A stretch of DNA of 64,000 nt, taken from contig CAWGNQ010000005.1 of NCBI GenBank assembly GCA_963823995.1, positions 596,220 through 660,219 of the forward strand, written 5' to 3'. The notes beneath the pieces are model-generated. The model did not search any database and had not been told where the DNA came from. It saw only the letters and a list, made by a program, of their open reading frames with translations. The DNA comes from an uncultured Acidobacteriota bacterium (GTDB lineage: Bacteria; Acidobacteriota; UBA6911; RPQK01; JAPXNP01). Both the position numbers and the translations under genes were made by a program. Positions 1 to 9,213 of this stretch are shown here, one piece after another (within the stretch, counting starts at the first letter, position 1; every line of letters begins with the position of its first letter).

Positions 1-303
1 CGTTTCTCCGCGAACTTCGAGTCTCAGTTCTCCGATTCTGAGAACGCGTCCGCGACTGTTCTGTAAGGCCAGCCCGCTCACCATCAGATTGGCCCTCCGG
101 AATCGTGGGTCCACAACGGAGCCGAGCTCCTCGCCGGCTGCTTCGATGGACTCCCGTTCAATGACGGTGATCTGTCGGTGTCCGCCCTGGTCGGCGTTGC
201 CTGTCAGCCCGCGGTTCTCGAGCGCGCGAACCTCCGTGACCGGGTCCATGGGACCGCCTTTTGAACGCTTGATCCAGATTGCCTCGAGGGTTCCTTTCGC
301 CAC
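1..303 (-). CDS. MOSC domain-containing protein (5' part; runs off the window edge)
   Basis: Not in the ORF track. Manual translation from GTG at 303 is open to base 1: VAKGTLEAIWIKRSKGGPMDPV...GLTGNADQGGHRQITVIERE...FRRANLMVSG...LRIGELRLEVRGET, with MOSC-like RQIT and RRANL motifs. Confidence 0.8.
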   Translation of the reverse strand, partial: MAKGTLEAIWIKRSKGGPMDPVTEVRALENRGLTGNADQGGHRQITVIERESIEAAGEELGSVVDPRFRRANLMVSGLALQNSRGRVLRIGELRLEVRGET

Positions 304-323
304 CGACCTATCGTTCATCGATC

Positions 324-947
324 CTAAAATCCAAATCGCAGTTGATGGATGAGAATGAATCCGCCCGACAGGGCATTGCCTCGTTTCTTGCTCTCCAGGT
401 ACAGATAGCCCTCGGTCTCCTCCTCCGGCTCGAGATGCACCGCCTCGAGACGGTACGACTCCAGCAGGGAACGGAGCGCCTCTCCCGTTCCCGCATCCAC
501 CTGCCCCGCGTGCCCCGGTATGCCGACACCGGGACGTTGCGCCTCATAGCGGGCCCTGTTCGGATCGGGAGGGTACGGATATCCGCTGCGGGCCTCCCCA
601 AATACGGTGGGATGGACGCCGCCGCTGCGTACGTAGTATTTGACGAGCCGCGGGGCCACGTCCGTGGCCTCGGCCTGCTGCAACGGCTTCTTTTTCCCGG
701 GACCGAAAACTTGGATTTCCGCCGGATCGAGCAGGAGACTGGCCCCGGACTGGTTCCTACAGCGGATTCGAAGAACGGCAAACCCCGCTTCGAAAATCTG
801 AAACGGAAACTCGTCCGGAAGATCCTGCCGCCGCAGGGAGGTGACCTCGCAGCTCAGGTCCTTCCCGGCCTCCACCCGGGCCGAGACGACTGCAGTGAAT
901 TGCAGAAGGGCGGCCAGGAGCACACCGATGCCGCGAGCGCGTCGCAT
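324..947 (-). CDS. hypothetical exported protein (~207 aa)
   Basis: C-terminal part of ORF 324..2180. ATG at 947 begins a signal peptide (MRRARGIGVLLAALLQFTAVVSA), and TGnTATAGT lies 6 nt upstream. Confidence 0.65.
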   Translation of the reverse strand: MRRARGIGVLLAALLQFTAVVSARVEAGKDLSCEVTSLRRQDLPDEFPFQIFEAGFAVLRIRCRNQSGASLLLDPAEIQVFGPGKKKPLQQAEATDVAPRLVKYYVRSGGVHPTVFGEARSGYPYPPDPNRARYEAQRPGVGIPGHAGQVDAGTGEALRSLLESYRLEAVHLEPEEETEGYLYLESKKRGNALSGGFILIHQLRFGF

Positions 948-953
948 GAAGTC

Positions 954-962
954 ACTATAGCA
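954..962 (-). promoter_or_regulatory. extended -10 element (TGcTATAGT), probable leaderless promoter
   Basis: Minus strand reads TG-C-TATAGT-GACTTC-ATG, with no Shine-Dalgarno sequence. Confidence 0.55.
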
Positions 963-1079
963 GAGACCGACTCGACGGCGGGCTGGCGACAGGATGCACG
1001 ACACGCTAGACTGGTGGCGAAGACCATTCAATACGGGGCCCACCGGCAATCGGGCCCGATCAAGGGAGGGATTCACGCC

Positions 1080-2042
1080 ATGATGCATCGACGGAGATTT
1101 CTCAAATCGTCTGCGACGACGGCCCTTCTGAGCTGCTTCCCCGGTGGACTTGCGGGCATTGTTCGTGCGAAGGAGGCGGGCAGAATTGAAAAGCGTGCGC
1201 TCGGTAAAACAGGTGAGATGCTTTCGATGATCGGCTTCGGAGGTGTGGTCGTGATGGATGCCACGTCGGCCCAAGCGACCGAGCGCGTTTCCCGGGCCAT
1301 CGATTATGGCATCAATTACTTCGACGTTGCCCCGACATACGGCAACGCAGAGCAGATGCTCGGAGCGGCGCTCGGACCGTTCCGAAAGTCGGTCTTCCTC
1401 TCCTGTAAGACGCAAGCTCGCGACCGTGAGGGGGCTCTCGCCGAGTTGGAAGGCTCTTTGAATCGGCTGCGGACCGACCATTTCGACCTCTATCAAATGC
1501 ATGCCGTGACCAAGGTCGAAGATGCCCGACAGATCCTTGGTCCGGGGGGCGCGCTGGAAGCCTTCCAGCAGGCACGCAGGGACGGCAAAATTCGATTCAT
1601 CGGCTTCTCGGCCCACTCCGTAGAGGCGGCCCTGACCCTGCTCGATGGATTCGAGTTCGATACGATTCTGTTTCCCGTGAACTTCAAGACCTGGAATGCA
1701 GGGAACTTTGGACCGCAGGTTCTCGACAAGGCGAAGCAGCGGGGAACAGCCGTGCTGGCCATCAAGTCGCTGGCCCGGGGACCCTGGCCCGAGGGAGTCG
1801 AGCGGATTCCTAAATGCTGGTATCAACCGCTGACCAATCCGGATGAGGCCGAGCTGGCGCTTCGCTTCACGCTGTCCCATCCGGTGACGGCCGCCATACC
1901 TCCGGGTAACGAGGACCTGTTCCTCAGCACCCTCGAACTGGCGCTCCGCTTCGAGCCACTCGACGAAACGGAAATTTCGGCCATCAAGCGTTTGGCGTCC
2001 GAGGGTCCGCCGCTGTTTCGCTACCCGTCGGCAGAGGCCTGA
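1080..2042 (+). CDS. aldo/keto reductase with Tat signal peptide
   Basis: GGAGG RBS before ATG 1080; RRRFLK twin-arginine motif; LGKTG, GINYFDVAPTYG, LRTDHFDLYQMH, GKIRFIGFS. Confidence 0.9.
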   Translation: MMHRRRFLKSSATTALLSCFPGGLAGIVRAKEAGRIEKRALGKTGEMLSMIGFGGVVVMDATSAQATERVSRAIDYGINYFDVAPTYGNAEQMLGAALGPFRKSVFLSCKTQARDREGALAELEGSLNRLRTDHFDLYQMHAVTKVEDARQILGPGGALEAFQQARRDGKIRFIGFSAHSVEAALTLLDGFEFDTILFPVNFKTWNAGNFGPQVLDKAKQRGTAVLAIKSLARGPWPEGVERIPKCWYQPLTNPDEAELALRFTLSHPVTAAIPPGNEDLFLSTLELALRFEPLDETEISAIKRLASEGPPLFRYPSAEA

Positions 2043-2964
2043 TCCCGGCACCGCTCCGGCGGCGCAGCCAAGCCGACGCACCCGCCGCAGTGAGTACGCA
2101 CCAGGTCGCGAACAACGCACCCGGCAGTGCCGTCTCTGCCTGGAAGTGACGGAGTGCGAGCGCGACTCCCAGTCCCGCATTCTGCATGCCGATCTCGACC
2201 ATCAGCGCGAGCTGGTACCGACGCCGAAATCCGTACAGCCGAGCCAGGTACCAGCCCGCCAGATATCCGAGGCCGTTGACTATGACCACCCAGACAAACA
2301 CCCTCGGACCGACGGACATCAGCGCCGAATGGTTGGCGGCGACCGCATAGCCGATGATGACGACGATCGAAAGGACCGCCACCGCAGGCGCCGCCTCCCT
2401 GATCGCCTTTTCGAAGCCGTGCAGTCGCTGCCTCAGCAGCATCCCGCCCACGAGGGGCAACAGAACCGTCAGGAGAATGGTCTGCATCATCGGCCAGAAG
2501 GGGATCGGCAGGAACACACCTCCCAGCCATTCGACCAGGGCCGGCGTGAGCACCGGGGAGAGAAACGTGGCAAAACTGGTCAGCGTCACCGAATAGGCCA
2601 CGGCTCCGCCTGCCAGAAAAACGATCACGTTGCTCGCCATCGCTCCCGGCGCGCAACCGACGATCACGAACCCCAGCGCGATTCGCGGATCGAGTCCGCT
2701 CCAGTAGGCGGCCAGGAAGCCAAGCAGCGGCATCACCGTGAACTGTGTGGCAAGGCCCAGCGCGATCTCCCGCGGTCGTCGCAGCGTGTCGGCGAATTCT
2801 CCAGGATCGAGGACCAGACCGAGGGCCAGCATCGTAACGGCGAAAAACCAGAGAAACCAGTCCGCGAAGACGAGAAAGGAGGGCGGGTAGACCAGCGCTG
2901 CCATCGCCCCGAGAAACGTCAGCGGCGCAAGTCCGGCGGCGATCCATCGCAGCACTCTGCTCAT
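1984..2964 (-). CDS. bile acid:sodium symporter (BASS) family transporter
   Basis: Multiple TM helices; QFTVMP, GCAPGAMASNV and EIGMQNAGL motifs. Confidence 0.9.
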   Translation of the reverse strand: MSRVLRWIAAGLAPLTFLGAMAALVYPPSFLVFADWFLWFFAVTMLALGLVLDPGEFADTLRRPREIALGLATQFTVMPLLGFLAAYWSGLDPRIALGFVIVGCAPGAMASNVIVFLAGGAVAYSVTLTSFATFLSPVLTPALVEWLGGVFLPIPFWPMMQTILLTVLLPLVGGMLLRQRLHGFEKAIREAAPAVAVLSIVVIIGYAVAANHSALMSVGPRVFVWVVIVNGLGYLAGWYLARLYGFRRRYQLALMVEIGMQNAGLGVALALRHFQAETALPGALFATWCVLTAAGASAWLRRRSGAGIRPLPTGSETAADPRTPNA

Positions 2965-2978
2965 GAGACGGTCATGGA

Positions 2979-5453
2979 TTACCCGAGACGTGCGAATGCG
3001 AGGGTCAACAGTGTCTTCTGTTCCACCTGGTGGGCTTTCGCGGAGCCGGTGGCGGGAGTCCCGGTCGCACTTCGCTTGACAGACCGAAAATGCAGGTGAG
3101 CGGCCAGCCGTCGGATCCGAGGCTCGACGAAGAACAGCGCCCCCATGTTGGCCGGCTCCTCCTGGACCCAGACCACCTCTGTGGCCTTCGGATGCCGCTC
3201 GAAGATCTCCCGCAACTCCTGTTCCGGAAAAGGAAACAGCTGCTCGATGAAGATGATGTCGACCGAGGAGTCCCCGCGATCCTGCCGTTCCCTCTCGAGC
3301 TCGTGGCCGATCTTCCCGGTGCAGACGAGTATGCGGCGGGCATCTTCGACATTGGTCGCGCTCCGCACCGTTCGAAAACGTGCAAACTCCAGCTCATTCA
3401 GGTCCGAGGAGGCACTGGGATGGCGCAACATGCTCTTGGGCGTAAAGGCAATCAGCGGCTTTCGCCACTGCCTGAGCGCCTGACGCCGCAAAAGGTGGAA
3501 GTACTGTCCCGCGGTCGACGGCTGGGCGACCTGGATGTTGTCGCGAGCCGCCAATTGCAGAAACCTCTCGATCCTGGCACTGGAATGCTCAGGGCCCTGC
3601 CCTTCATACCCGTGGGGCAGGAGCACGACCAGACCGCTGAGCAGTTCCCACTTGTCTTCCGCTGCCGTGATGAACTGGTCGATGATGACCTGCGCACCAT
3701 TTGCGAAATCGCCGAACTGAGCCTCCCAAAGTACAAGAGCCTCGGGGAAGTCCCGACTGTAGCCGTATTCGAAGCCGAGCACCGCAGCCTCCGAGAGCAT
3801 GGAGTCGAGCGCGGCGAACTCGCCCTGCCCCTTGGAGATGTGCTGAAGCGAGCAGTACTCGTCGCCATTCTCCACGTCGATCAGATAGCTGTGCCGCTGG
3901 TTGAACGTGCCGCGCCTGCTGTCCTGGCCGGTCAGACGGACAGGCTGTCCCCCATCGACGATCGACGCAAACGCGAGTGCTTCGGCCATCCCGAAGTCGA
4001 CGGGACGTTCGCCCTGGGCCATTTCGAGACGCTGGTCGAGCAGCCGCTGAACTTTGGGATGCACATGGAATCCGTCCGGCAGGCGCAGCAACCTCTGGCC
4101 CAGATCGAGGATCTTCTCACGATCGAGTCCGGTGTCCACCTCCACATCTGCCCGGTATCGCCCACCGAAGTAGTCCTCCCAGTAGGGGGGTAGCTGGCGC
4201 ATGATCGGGCGTCGGGTCCGCTCCTTGGCCTGACCGATAGCAGATTCGAGCTCGCTCTTGATTTCGGATATCCGCGGCTCGAGATCCTCCTCCGGAACGC
4301 CTGCACGCTCGGCGAACGACTCCCAGAGTGGCGGCCGATCCTTGATCTTCCGGTACAGCAGGGGCTGGGTAATCGTCGGGTCGTCTACCTCGCTGTGACC
4401 GTACATGCGATACCCAATCAGGTCGATCACGACATCCGTGCCGAACTCATAGCGGTACTGGATCGCCAAACGGCCGGCCCGCATGACGGCCGCGAGGTCT
4501 TCTCCGTTGACGTGGATGATCGGTATCGGCAGACGCTTTGCGACATCGGACGCAAAGCGGGAAGAATGCAGCTCGTCCGGCGTTGCCGTGAACCCGATCA
4601 GGTTGTTGACGATGATGTGGACGGCACCGCCGACCGAGAAACCGGAGAGGCTGGACATATTCAAGATCTCGGCGACCATGCCCTGTCCTGCAAAGGCCGC
4701 ATCACCGTGCATCAGAATGGGCAGTATGGCGCGTGTCCCTGCGTCCCCGCGCCGCACTTGCCGGGCCTTGACCCGACCCAGTGCGACCGGATCGACCGCC
4801 TCGAGGTGACTCGGATTCGAGACCAGATGGATGGCCAGTTCCTTGCCGTTTCGAGCCGCGAATGTACCGGTGGCGCCGAGATGGTATTTGACATCTCCGC
4901 CGCCAAGCGTGCTTTTCGGATCGACGTCTTCGAAACCCGCGAAGATCTCCTCCGCCGGCCGGCCGACGATGTGGATCATCACATTCAGGCGGCCCCGGTG
5001 GCTCATGGCCAGGATCGCCCGCTCAGCGTCGAACCCGGCAGCCTGCTCGAGCAACTCGGACAGGAGCGGTACCAGCGCATCGACACCCTTGATCGAGAAG
5101 CGCTTGGTGCCCAGATAGCGGGTCTGGAGCAACTGCTCGAGCAGATCGACACGCATCAGTTGATCGAGGACCGTGTCGGTATCGACCTGCTCGGAGTCGC
5201 CCTCCATCCTTTCCTGGATCCAACGTCGTCGCTGCGGGTCGGAAATATGCATGAATTCGACGCCAAGGGACCCGCAGTAGACCCGTCGATAGCGTTCGGC
5301 CTCTCGGCCCTCCCGTGGGAGTTCGGCTTGCCGCTCGGGGATGACCCTTCCGAGAGGATCCAGTTCCGCTTCGAGGTAACCCCACCGCCGGAAGGCATCC
5401 GCAATCTCTCCGGTCGTGCGATCTTTGAGAACTTCAGTTGCCATTCGTGTCAC
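2979..5453 (-). CDS. sucA: 2-oxoglutarate dehydrogenase E1 component (short form)
   Basis: MSHRGRLN, GDVKYHLG, NPSHLEAV, HGDAAFAGQG (ThDP binding), GQDSRRGTF, WEAQFGDF, LPHGYEGQGPEHSSAR, QEEPANMG; start may be ATG 5444. Confidence 0.95.
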   Translation of the reverse strand: MTRMATEVLKDRTTGEIADAFRRWGYLEAELDPLGRVIPERQAELPREGREAERYRRVYCGSLGVEFMHISDPQRRRWIQERMEGDSEQVDTDTVLDQLMRVDLLEQLLQTRYLGTKRFSIKGVDALVPLLSELLEQAAGFDAERAILAMSHRGRLNVMIHIVGRPAEEIFAGFEDVDPKSTLGGGDVKYHLGATGTFAARNGKELAIHLVSNPSHLEAVDPVALGRVKARQVRRGDAGTRAILPILMHGDAAFAGQGMVAEILNMSSLSGFSVGGAVHIIVNNLIGFTATPDELHSSRFASDVAKRLPIPIIHVNGEDLAAVMRAGRLAIQYRYEFGTDVVIDLIGYRMYGHSEVDDPTITQPLLYRKIKDRPPLWESFAERAGVPEEDLEPRISEIKSELESAIGQAKERTRRPIMRQLPPYWEDYFGGRYRADVEVDTGLDREKILDLGQRLLRLPDGFHVHPKVQRLLDQRLEMAQGERPVDFGMAEALAFASIVDGGQPVRLTGQDSRRGTFNQRHSYLIDVENGDEYCSLQHISKGQGEFAALDSMLSEAAVLGFEYGYSRDFPEALVLWEAQFGDFANGAQVIIDQFITAAEDKWELLSGLVVLLPHGYEGQGPEHSSARIERFLQLAARDNIQVAQPSTAGQYFHLLRRQALRQWRKPLIAFTPKSMLRHPSASSDLNELEFARFRTVRSATNVEDARRILVCTGKIGHELERERQDRGDSSVDIIFIEQLFPFPEQELREIFERHPKATEVVWVQEEPANMGALFFVEPRIRRLAAHLHFRSVKRSATGTPATGSAKAHQVEQKTLLTLAFARLG

Positions 5454-5554
5454 TTTCGTTTGCGCTCTCGTGTGTCCCGTAGCCCAGTATAGTATGAAAA
5501 GATGCGGCCTTTTCCCGATCGATTCGCACGGATCTGTTGTATAGTTTCGCGGGT

Positions 5555-6205
5555 ATGAACAAGAAGATCATTCTGGGCTGTCTTGGTGTTGCTGCTGTTG
5601 TACTGATCGCCGGCTCGATCGCAGGCTATTTCTTTCTGGTCCGTCCTGGGATGGAGTATGTGCGAAGCTTCTCCGACGTAGCCAAGATCAGCGATATGGA
5701 TTCGCAGGTTCAAAACACTTCCACTTTTGAGCCGCCCCAAGACTCCCTCCTCACGGCGGATCAGGTGACGCGGTTCGTCGAGGTCCAGCGCGCCATCACG
5801 AGCCGGCTCGGAGCCCATCTGGCCAGTCTCAAAGAGAAGTACGCTTCGGTATCGGAAGAAAGCGGCGGAAAGCCGGGGATCACCGATTTCATTAACTTCT
5901 GGAAGGACTTCAGCGGGACGATCCTGACAGCCAAGGAGATTCAGGTTCAGGCACTCAATGACGCCGATTTCTCGCTCGCCGAGTATCGCTGGGTCCGATC
6001 CAGCTTCTATCAGGCGCTGGGGGCGAACTTCGTGTCTTTGAACCTCGACCGGGCGGTCGACGCCATTAAGAAACAGAACCCGGAACTGCTCAAGGGAGAC
6101 GGACCTCAGGCCGACGAAATCGCCCCCGACCAGAACCGGGAGCTCGTCGCCGCCTACTCGGACGAATCGGAGAGCTGGATCGCCTACGCCTGGCTCGGAC
6201 TCTGA
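5555..6205 (+). CDS. hypothetical membrane-anchored protein
   Basis: N-terminal TM segment (KKIILGCLGVAAVVLIAGSIAGYFF) followed by a helical-looking soluble region; resembles 46153..47019. Confidence 0.75.
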   Translation: MNKKIILGCLGVAAVVLIAGSIAGYFFLVRPGMEYVRSFSDVAKISDMDSQVQNTSTFEPPQDSLLTADQVTRFVEVQRAITSRLGAHLASLKEKYASVSEESGGKPGITDFINFWKDFSGTILTAKEIQVQALNDADFSLAEYRWVRSSFYQALGANFVSLNLDRAVDAIKKQNPELLKGDGPQADEIAPDQNRELVAAYSDESESWIAYAWLGL

Positions 6206-6253
6206 AAGGGTTTCGAGTGCGGAAGTCCGGAGTGCGCGGTCGCAGCGGGCCGG

Positions 6254-7087
6254 CTAGACGCTGAGGCGTTCGTAGAGCTCCCGGATCACGGGTTGTCCAT
6301 AGATCCGCTCGAGGCGGCGAATCGCAAAATGCCCTCGGGCGACAGCCTGGAAATGCGAAATGAAGATCGTGTTGACCACCGCACCTCCGGCCGCCCCGAT
6401 CACTGGAACGGCCATGGCTGCGATCTTCTCGGAGACGACGACACCGAAGCGGCTGCCGATGGCGGCCATGAACCTGACCAGAACCGGAGCACCTTTCTCC
6501 TGGATGCCCCGTTGGGCGATATAGCGGGCCGCATCGCTGACGGTTCCGGCCAGTGCCGAACGAACGGCAAAATAGCCCGCTTCGGCAGCGTCATCCGCAG
6601 GTGAACGCCCGCCCAGGGCGAAAACCTCGAGACAGGCGAGCTGTGTTTCGACTGAGCGAACATCCTCTCCCTGGCTGCGCGCGGTGTCTGCGATGGCCCG
6701 AAGCATGAGCGTGGTCGATACCGGAAGCTCCACGACGAGCCCGGCGAGGCCGAATGCCCCCCCGCCGGCGCCGGTCGCCGCAACCGCCAGTTTGTGTAAG
6801 CGATCTCTGGCCAGTCGGGGCCTGCGTCCGAGAGAACGGACCGCCATGGAGAGCGCGCGCTCCAGTGATACCCGAACGGCGCTGTGGACTGTCTGCGCCC
6901 ACTTGGCGGGCAGGAGATCGAAGCCCCGTTCGATCGGCGCACCGACGACATCGGTCAGTCGTGCAGCCAGACTCGGGTTTTCCAGCGCCCGCTTGGCTTC
7001 ACGGAGCTCCGCAAGATGTTCCCGAGAGACGGCGTCGAACTCGGTCCGGGCCTCTGTTCGTCCGTTCAGCGATGATTCGTCGGTCAA
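6254..7087 (-). CDS. EcsC family protein
   Basis: ATGAGGGAFG, ELPVSTTLMLRAIAD, CLEVFALGG, VPVIGAAGGAVVN, RRLER. Confidence 0.85.
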   Translation of the reverse strand: MTDESSLNGRTEARTEFDAVSREHLAELREAKRALENPSLAARLTDVVGAPIERGFDLLPAKWAQTVHSAVRVSLERALSMAVRSLGRRPRLARDRLHKLAVAATGAGGGAFGLAGLVVELPVSTTLMLRAIADTARSQGEDVRSVETQLACLEVFALGGRSPADDAAEAGYFAVRSALAGTVSDAARYIAQRGIQEKGAPVLVRFMAAIGSRFGVVVSEKIAAMAVPVIGAAGGAVVNTIFISHFQAVARGHFAIRRLERIYGQPVIRELYERLSV

Positions 7088-7147
7088 GGTTCCTTCACTC
7101 CCGTCCGAGAACCCGGCCCGCGTCGATCGCGGGCGAGTGCAATGGAA

Positions 7148-8086
7148 TCAATAGTCGTCGGCCTCGCTCTTTCCAAGCCGAGGCCTGCCCCGGCTTGCCA
7201 GGCGATCAAACCTCTCCGGTTCGTCCTCAGCTGATGCAAGGTCCTCCAATTCCCGATCGCTCCATTGCTCGCCGCAGCGCAGGACGCGAAACGGCTGGTC
7301 CAGCCGCGCGCAGGCCCGACCTAATTCTTCGGCGGCGGATGCGTCCGTATCGAACATCTCAAAGTGGCAGGGAATGACCATCCGAGCATCGATGGTCTTG
7401 GCCAGCTCCGCCGCCTCGGCGGCAGAGAGCGTGGGGGGGAGTCCTGTTTCGGGATGTCTCCCACCGATCGGTAGCAGCGCAACATCGATGGCGAATGCCT
7501 GCAGCTGTTCCTCGAGTCCTTCGAACGTTACGACGTCGCCGCTATGGTAGATCATCCAGGGCCCGAGTTGGAGAACATATCCGAGACGCCGGCAGCGCCC
7601 CTCGGGATCCCGTCCTTCCTCGCCGGTCGCAGCAACCCCCACGACAGTGACCCCTTCCAGCGTCTCGTTGAGGCCGTCATCCAGCCCCGTCACCAGATCG
7701 GCATCACAGCCGAGTTGTTCTGCCGCTTCCCCTCGGACCGCCTCCGGGACGACGATGTCCATGCCCGAATTGACATCGAGCAGTGGCTTCACGGTCTCAG
7801 GGTCGAAGTGATCCCGTTGCAGATCGCTCGCCGTCACCAGGTCGATGAAGTCGAGTGCACGTGGTTCGATGGCGACCTCCGTCATCCTAACCAGCGATGC
7901 CTCGGACTCCGAGGTTCCTGCGATCGGCGAATTGGTCAGGAACGGGTCGCACAGAAGATGGGTCCCTTGATACTGAATTAGAAAACCACTCTGCCCCAGC
8001 CACCAGATACGCAGATGGTCCCCCGCACTGGCGGAAGCATGGATGTTTTTCAGCAGCGCCTCGCCCTTAAGCACCGGCTTGATCAT
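7148..8086 (-). CDS. metallo-beta-lactamase-fold hydrolase (UlaG-like) with degenerate metal motif
   Basis: WWLGQSGF, DPFL, YHSGD, DVALLPIGG, IPCHF; the HxHxDH position reads SDLQRDH. Confidence 0.8.
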   Translation of the reverse strand: MIKPVLKGEALLKNIHASASAGDHLRIWWLGQSGFLIQYQGTHLLCDPFLTNSPIAGTSESEASLVRMTEVAIEPRALDFIDLVTASDLQRDHFDPETVKPLLDVNSGMDIVVPEAVRGEAAEQLGCDADLVTGLDDGLNETLEGVTVVGVAATGEEGRDPEGRCRRLGYVLQLGPWMIYHSGDVVTFEGLEEQLQAFAIDVALLPIGGRHPETGLPPTLSAAEAAELAKTIDARMVIPCHFEMFDTDASAAEELGRACARLDQPFRVLRCGEQWSDRELEDLASAEDEPERFDRLASRGRPRLGKSEADDY

Positions 8087-8153
8087 ATGCGCTAAGAATA
8101 CAAGCTGCACCCCGACAGCGGCAAACGTCCTCCCTGCCCTTTCCGGGTCCGGG

Positions 8154-8162
8154 TGCTAAGCT
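8154..8162 (+). promoter_or_regulatory. extended -10 element (TGcTAAGCT), probable leaderless promoter
   Basis: TG-C-TAAGCT-AGGGTC-ATG(8169), with no Shine-Dalgarno sequence. Confidence 0.55.
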
Positions 8163-8168
8163 AGGGTC

Positions 8169-9176
8169 ATGAATCCGACGACCCTGAGGAGCCAGACTTA
8201 CCTCGATGACTTGGCGGGAGGGTACCGCGCAGCACAGATCCTGTTCACCGCTTGCCGACTGGATATCTTCGAACTGATCGGTGAGAAAGGGAAATCGCTC
8301 GATCAAATCACCGAACACCTCAGGAGCGATTCGCGAGGCACGAGGATTCTGCTCGATGCGCTGGCCGGCCTCGGTTTGCTCGCGACGCGAAACGGTTGCT
8401 ATTACAATTCGGAGCTGGCCCTCGAGAGGCTGACTCTTTCTTCTCCCGGTTCCCGGCTATCCCACCTCCTGCACAGCGCCCGTCTCTACGAACGCTGGGC
8501 GGGGCTGTATGACGCCGTGATGACGGGCCGGCCGACGCCGGAAGAACGGATCGACTCGCGCATTGCCAGTGGCAAGGCAGCGTTTGCCAAAGCCATGGCC
8601 GACTCGGCCCGGCAGACGGCCGCGCTGACGGCCGCCTGCTTCGACCTGGAGGGTGTATCGACGCTCCTCGATATCGGAGGCGGCCCGGGGCTTTACGGCA
8701 TTGAATTCGCCCGGCGCCGGCCCGAGCTGAAGGTTTCGATTCTCGACGACGCCGAGACCCTTCGCGTGGCCGAACGCAACCTGGCAGCATCCGGCTTGGG
8801 CGAGCGCGTCCGTCTATTGCCCGGAAACGCTCACACCGATGACCTGTGCGGACCCTACGATTTCATTTTCATCTCGAATGTCGTTCACATCTACTCCGCC
8901 GACCGCAACCGGGACCTGGTCCTCCGGTGCGCCACGTCCCTCAACCCGGGAGGTCGGCTGGCCCTCAAAGATTTCTTCCTTCGGGAGAACGAGGGTACCG
9001 GAAAGTCGGGACCGCTCTGGAATCTCCTCTTCGCCGCCAACATGCTGGTGGGCACCGAGGAGGGCGACTGCTACACCGAAGAAGAAGTGGGCACCTGGTG
9101 TCTGGACGCGGACCTCCGGTTCGCACAACGGATTCCACTGACCGAGAAGACCTCGATCCTGGTCTTCCGACGGTGA
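8169..9176 (+). CDS. SAM-dependent O-methyltransferase-family protein (dimerisation domain plus methyltransferase domain)
   Basis: N-terminal winged-helix dimerisation region (TACRLDIFE...LLDALAGLGLL), LLDIGGGPG, SNVVH, LNPGGRL. Confidence 0.85.
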   Translation: MNPTTLRSQTYLDDLAGGYRAAQILFTACRLDIFELIGEKGKSLDQITEHLRSDSRGTRILLDALAGLGLLATRNGCYYNSELALERLTLSSPGSRLSHLLHSARLYERWAGLYDAVMTGRPTPEERIDSRIASGKAAFAKAMADSARQTAALTAACFDLEGVSTLLDIGGGPGLYGIEFARRRPELKVSILDDAETLRVAERNLAASGLGERVRLLPGNAHTDDLCGPYDFIFISNVVHIYSADRNRDLVLRCATSLNPGGRLALKDFFLRENEGTGKSGPLWNLLFAANMLVGTEEGDCYTEEEVGTWCLDADLRFAQRIPLTEKTSILVFRR

Positions 9177-9213
9177 TCGACGCTACGGGGCAATGGCCGG
9201 CGCCGCTCTGTGG

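Noticed and set aside
279-1079. Long N-terminal extension of the aldo/keto reductase (587-aa ORF)
   Set aside because: Antisense shadow of the 324..947 gene; the RBS and Tat motif place the real start at 1080
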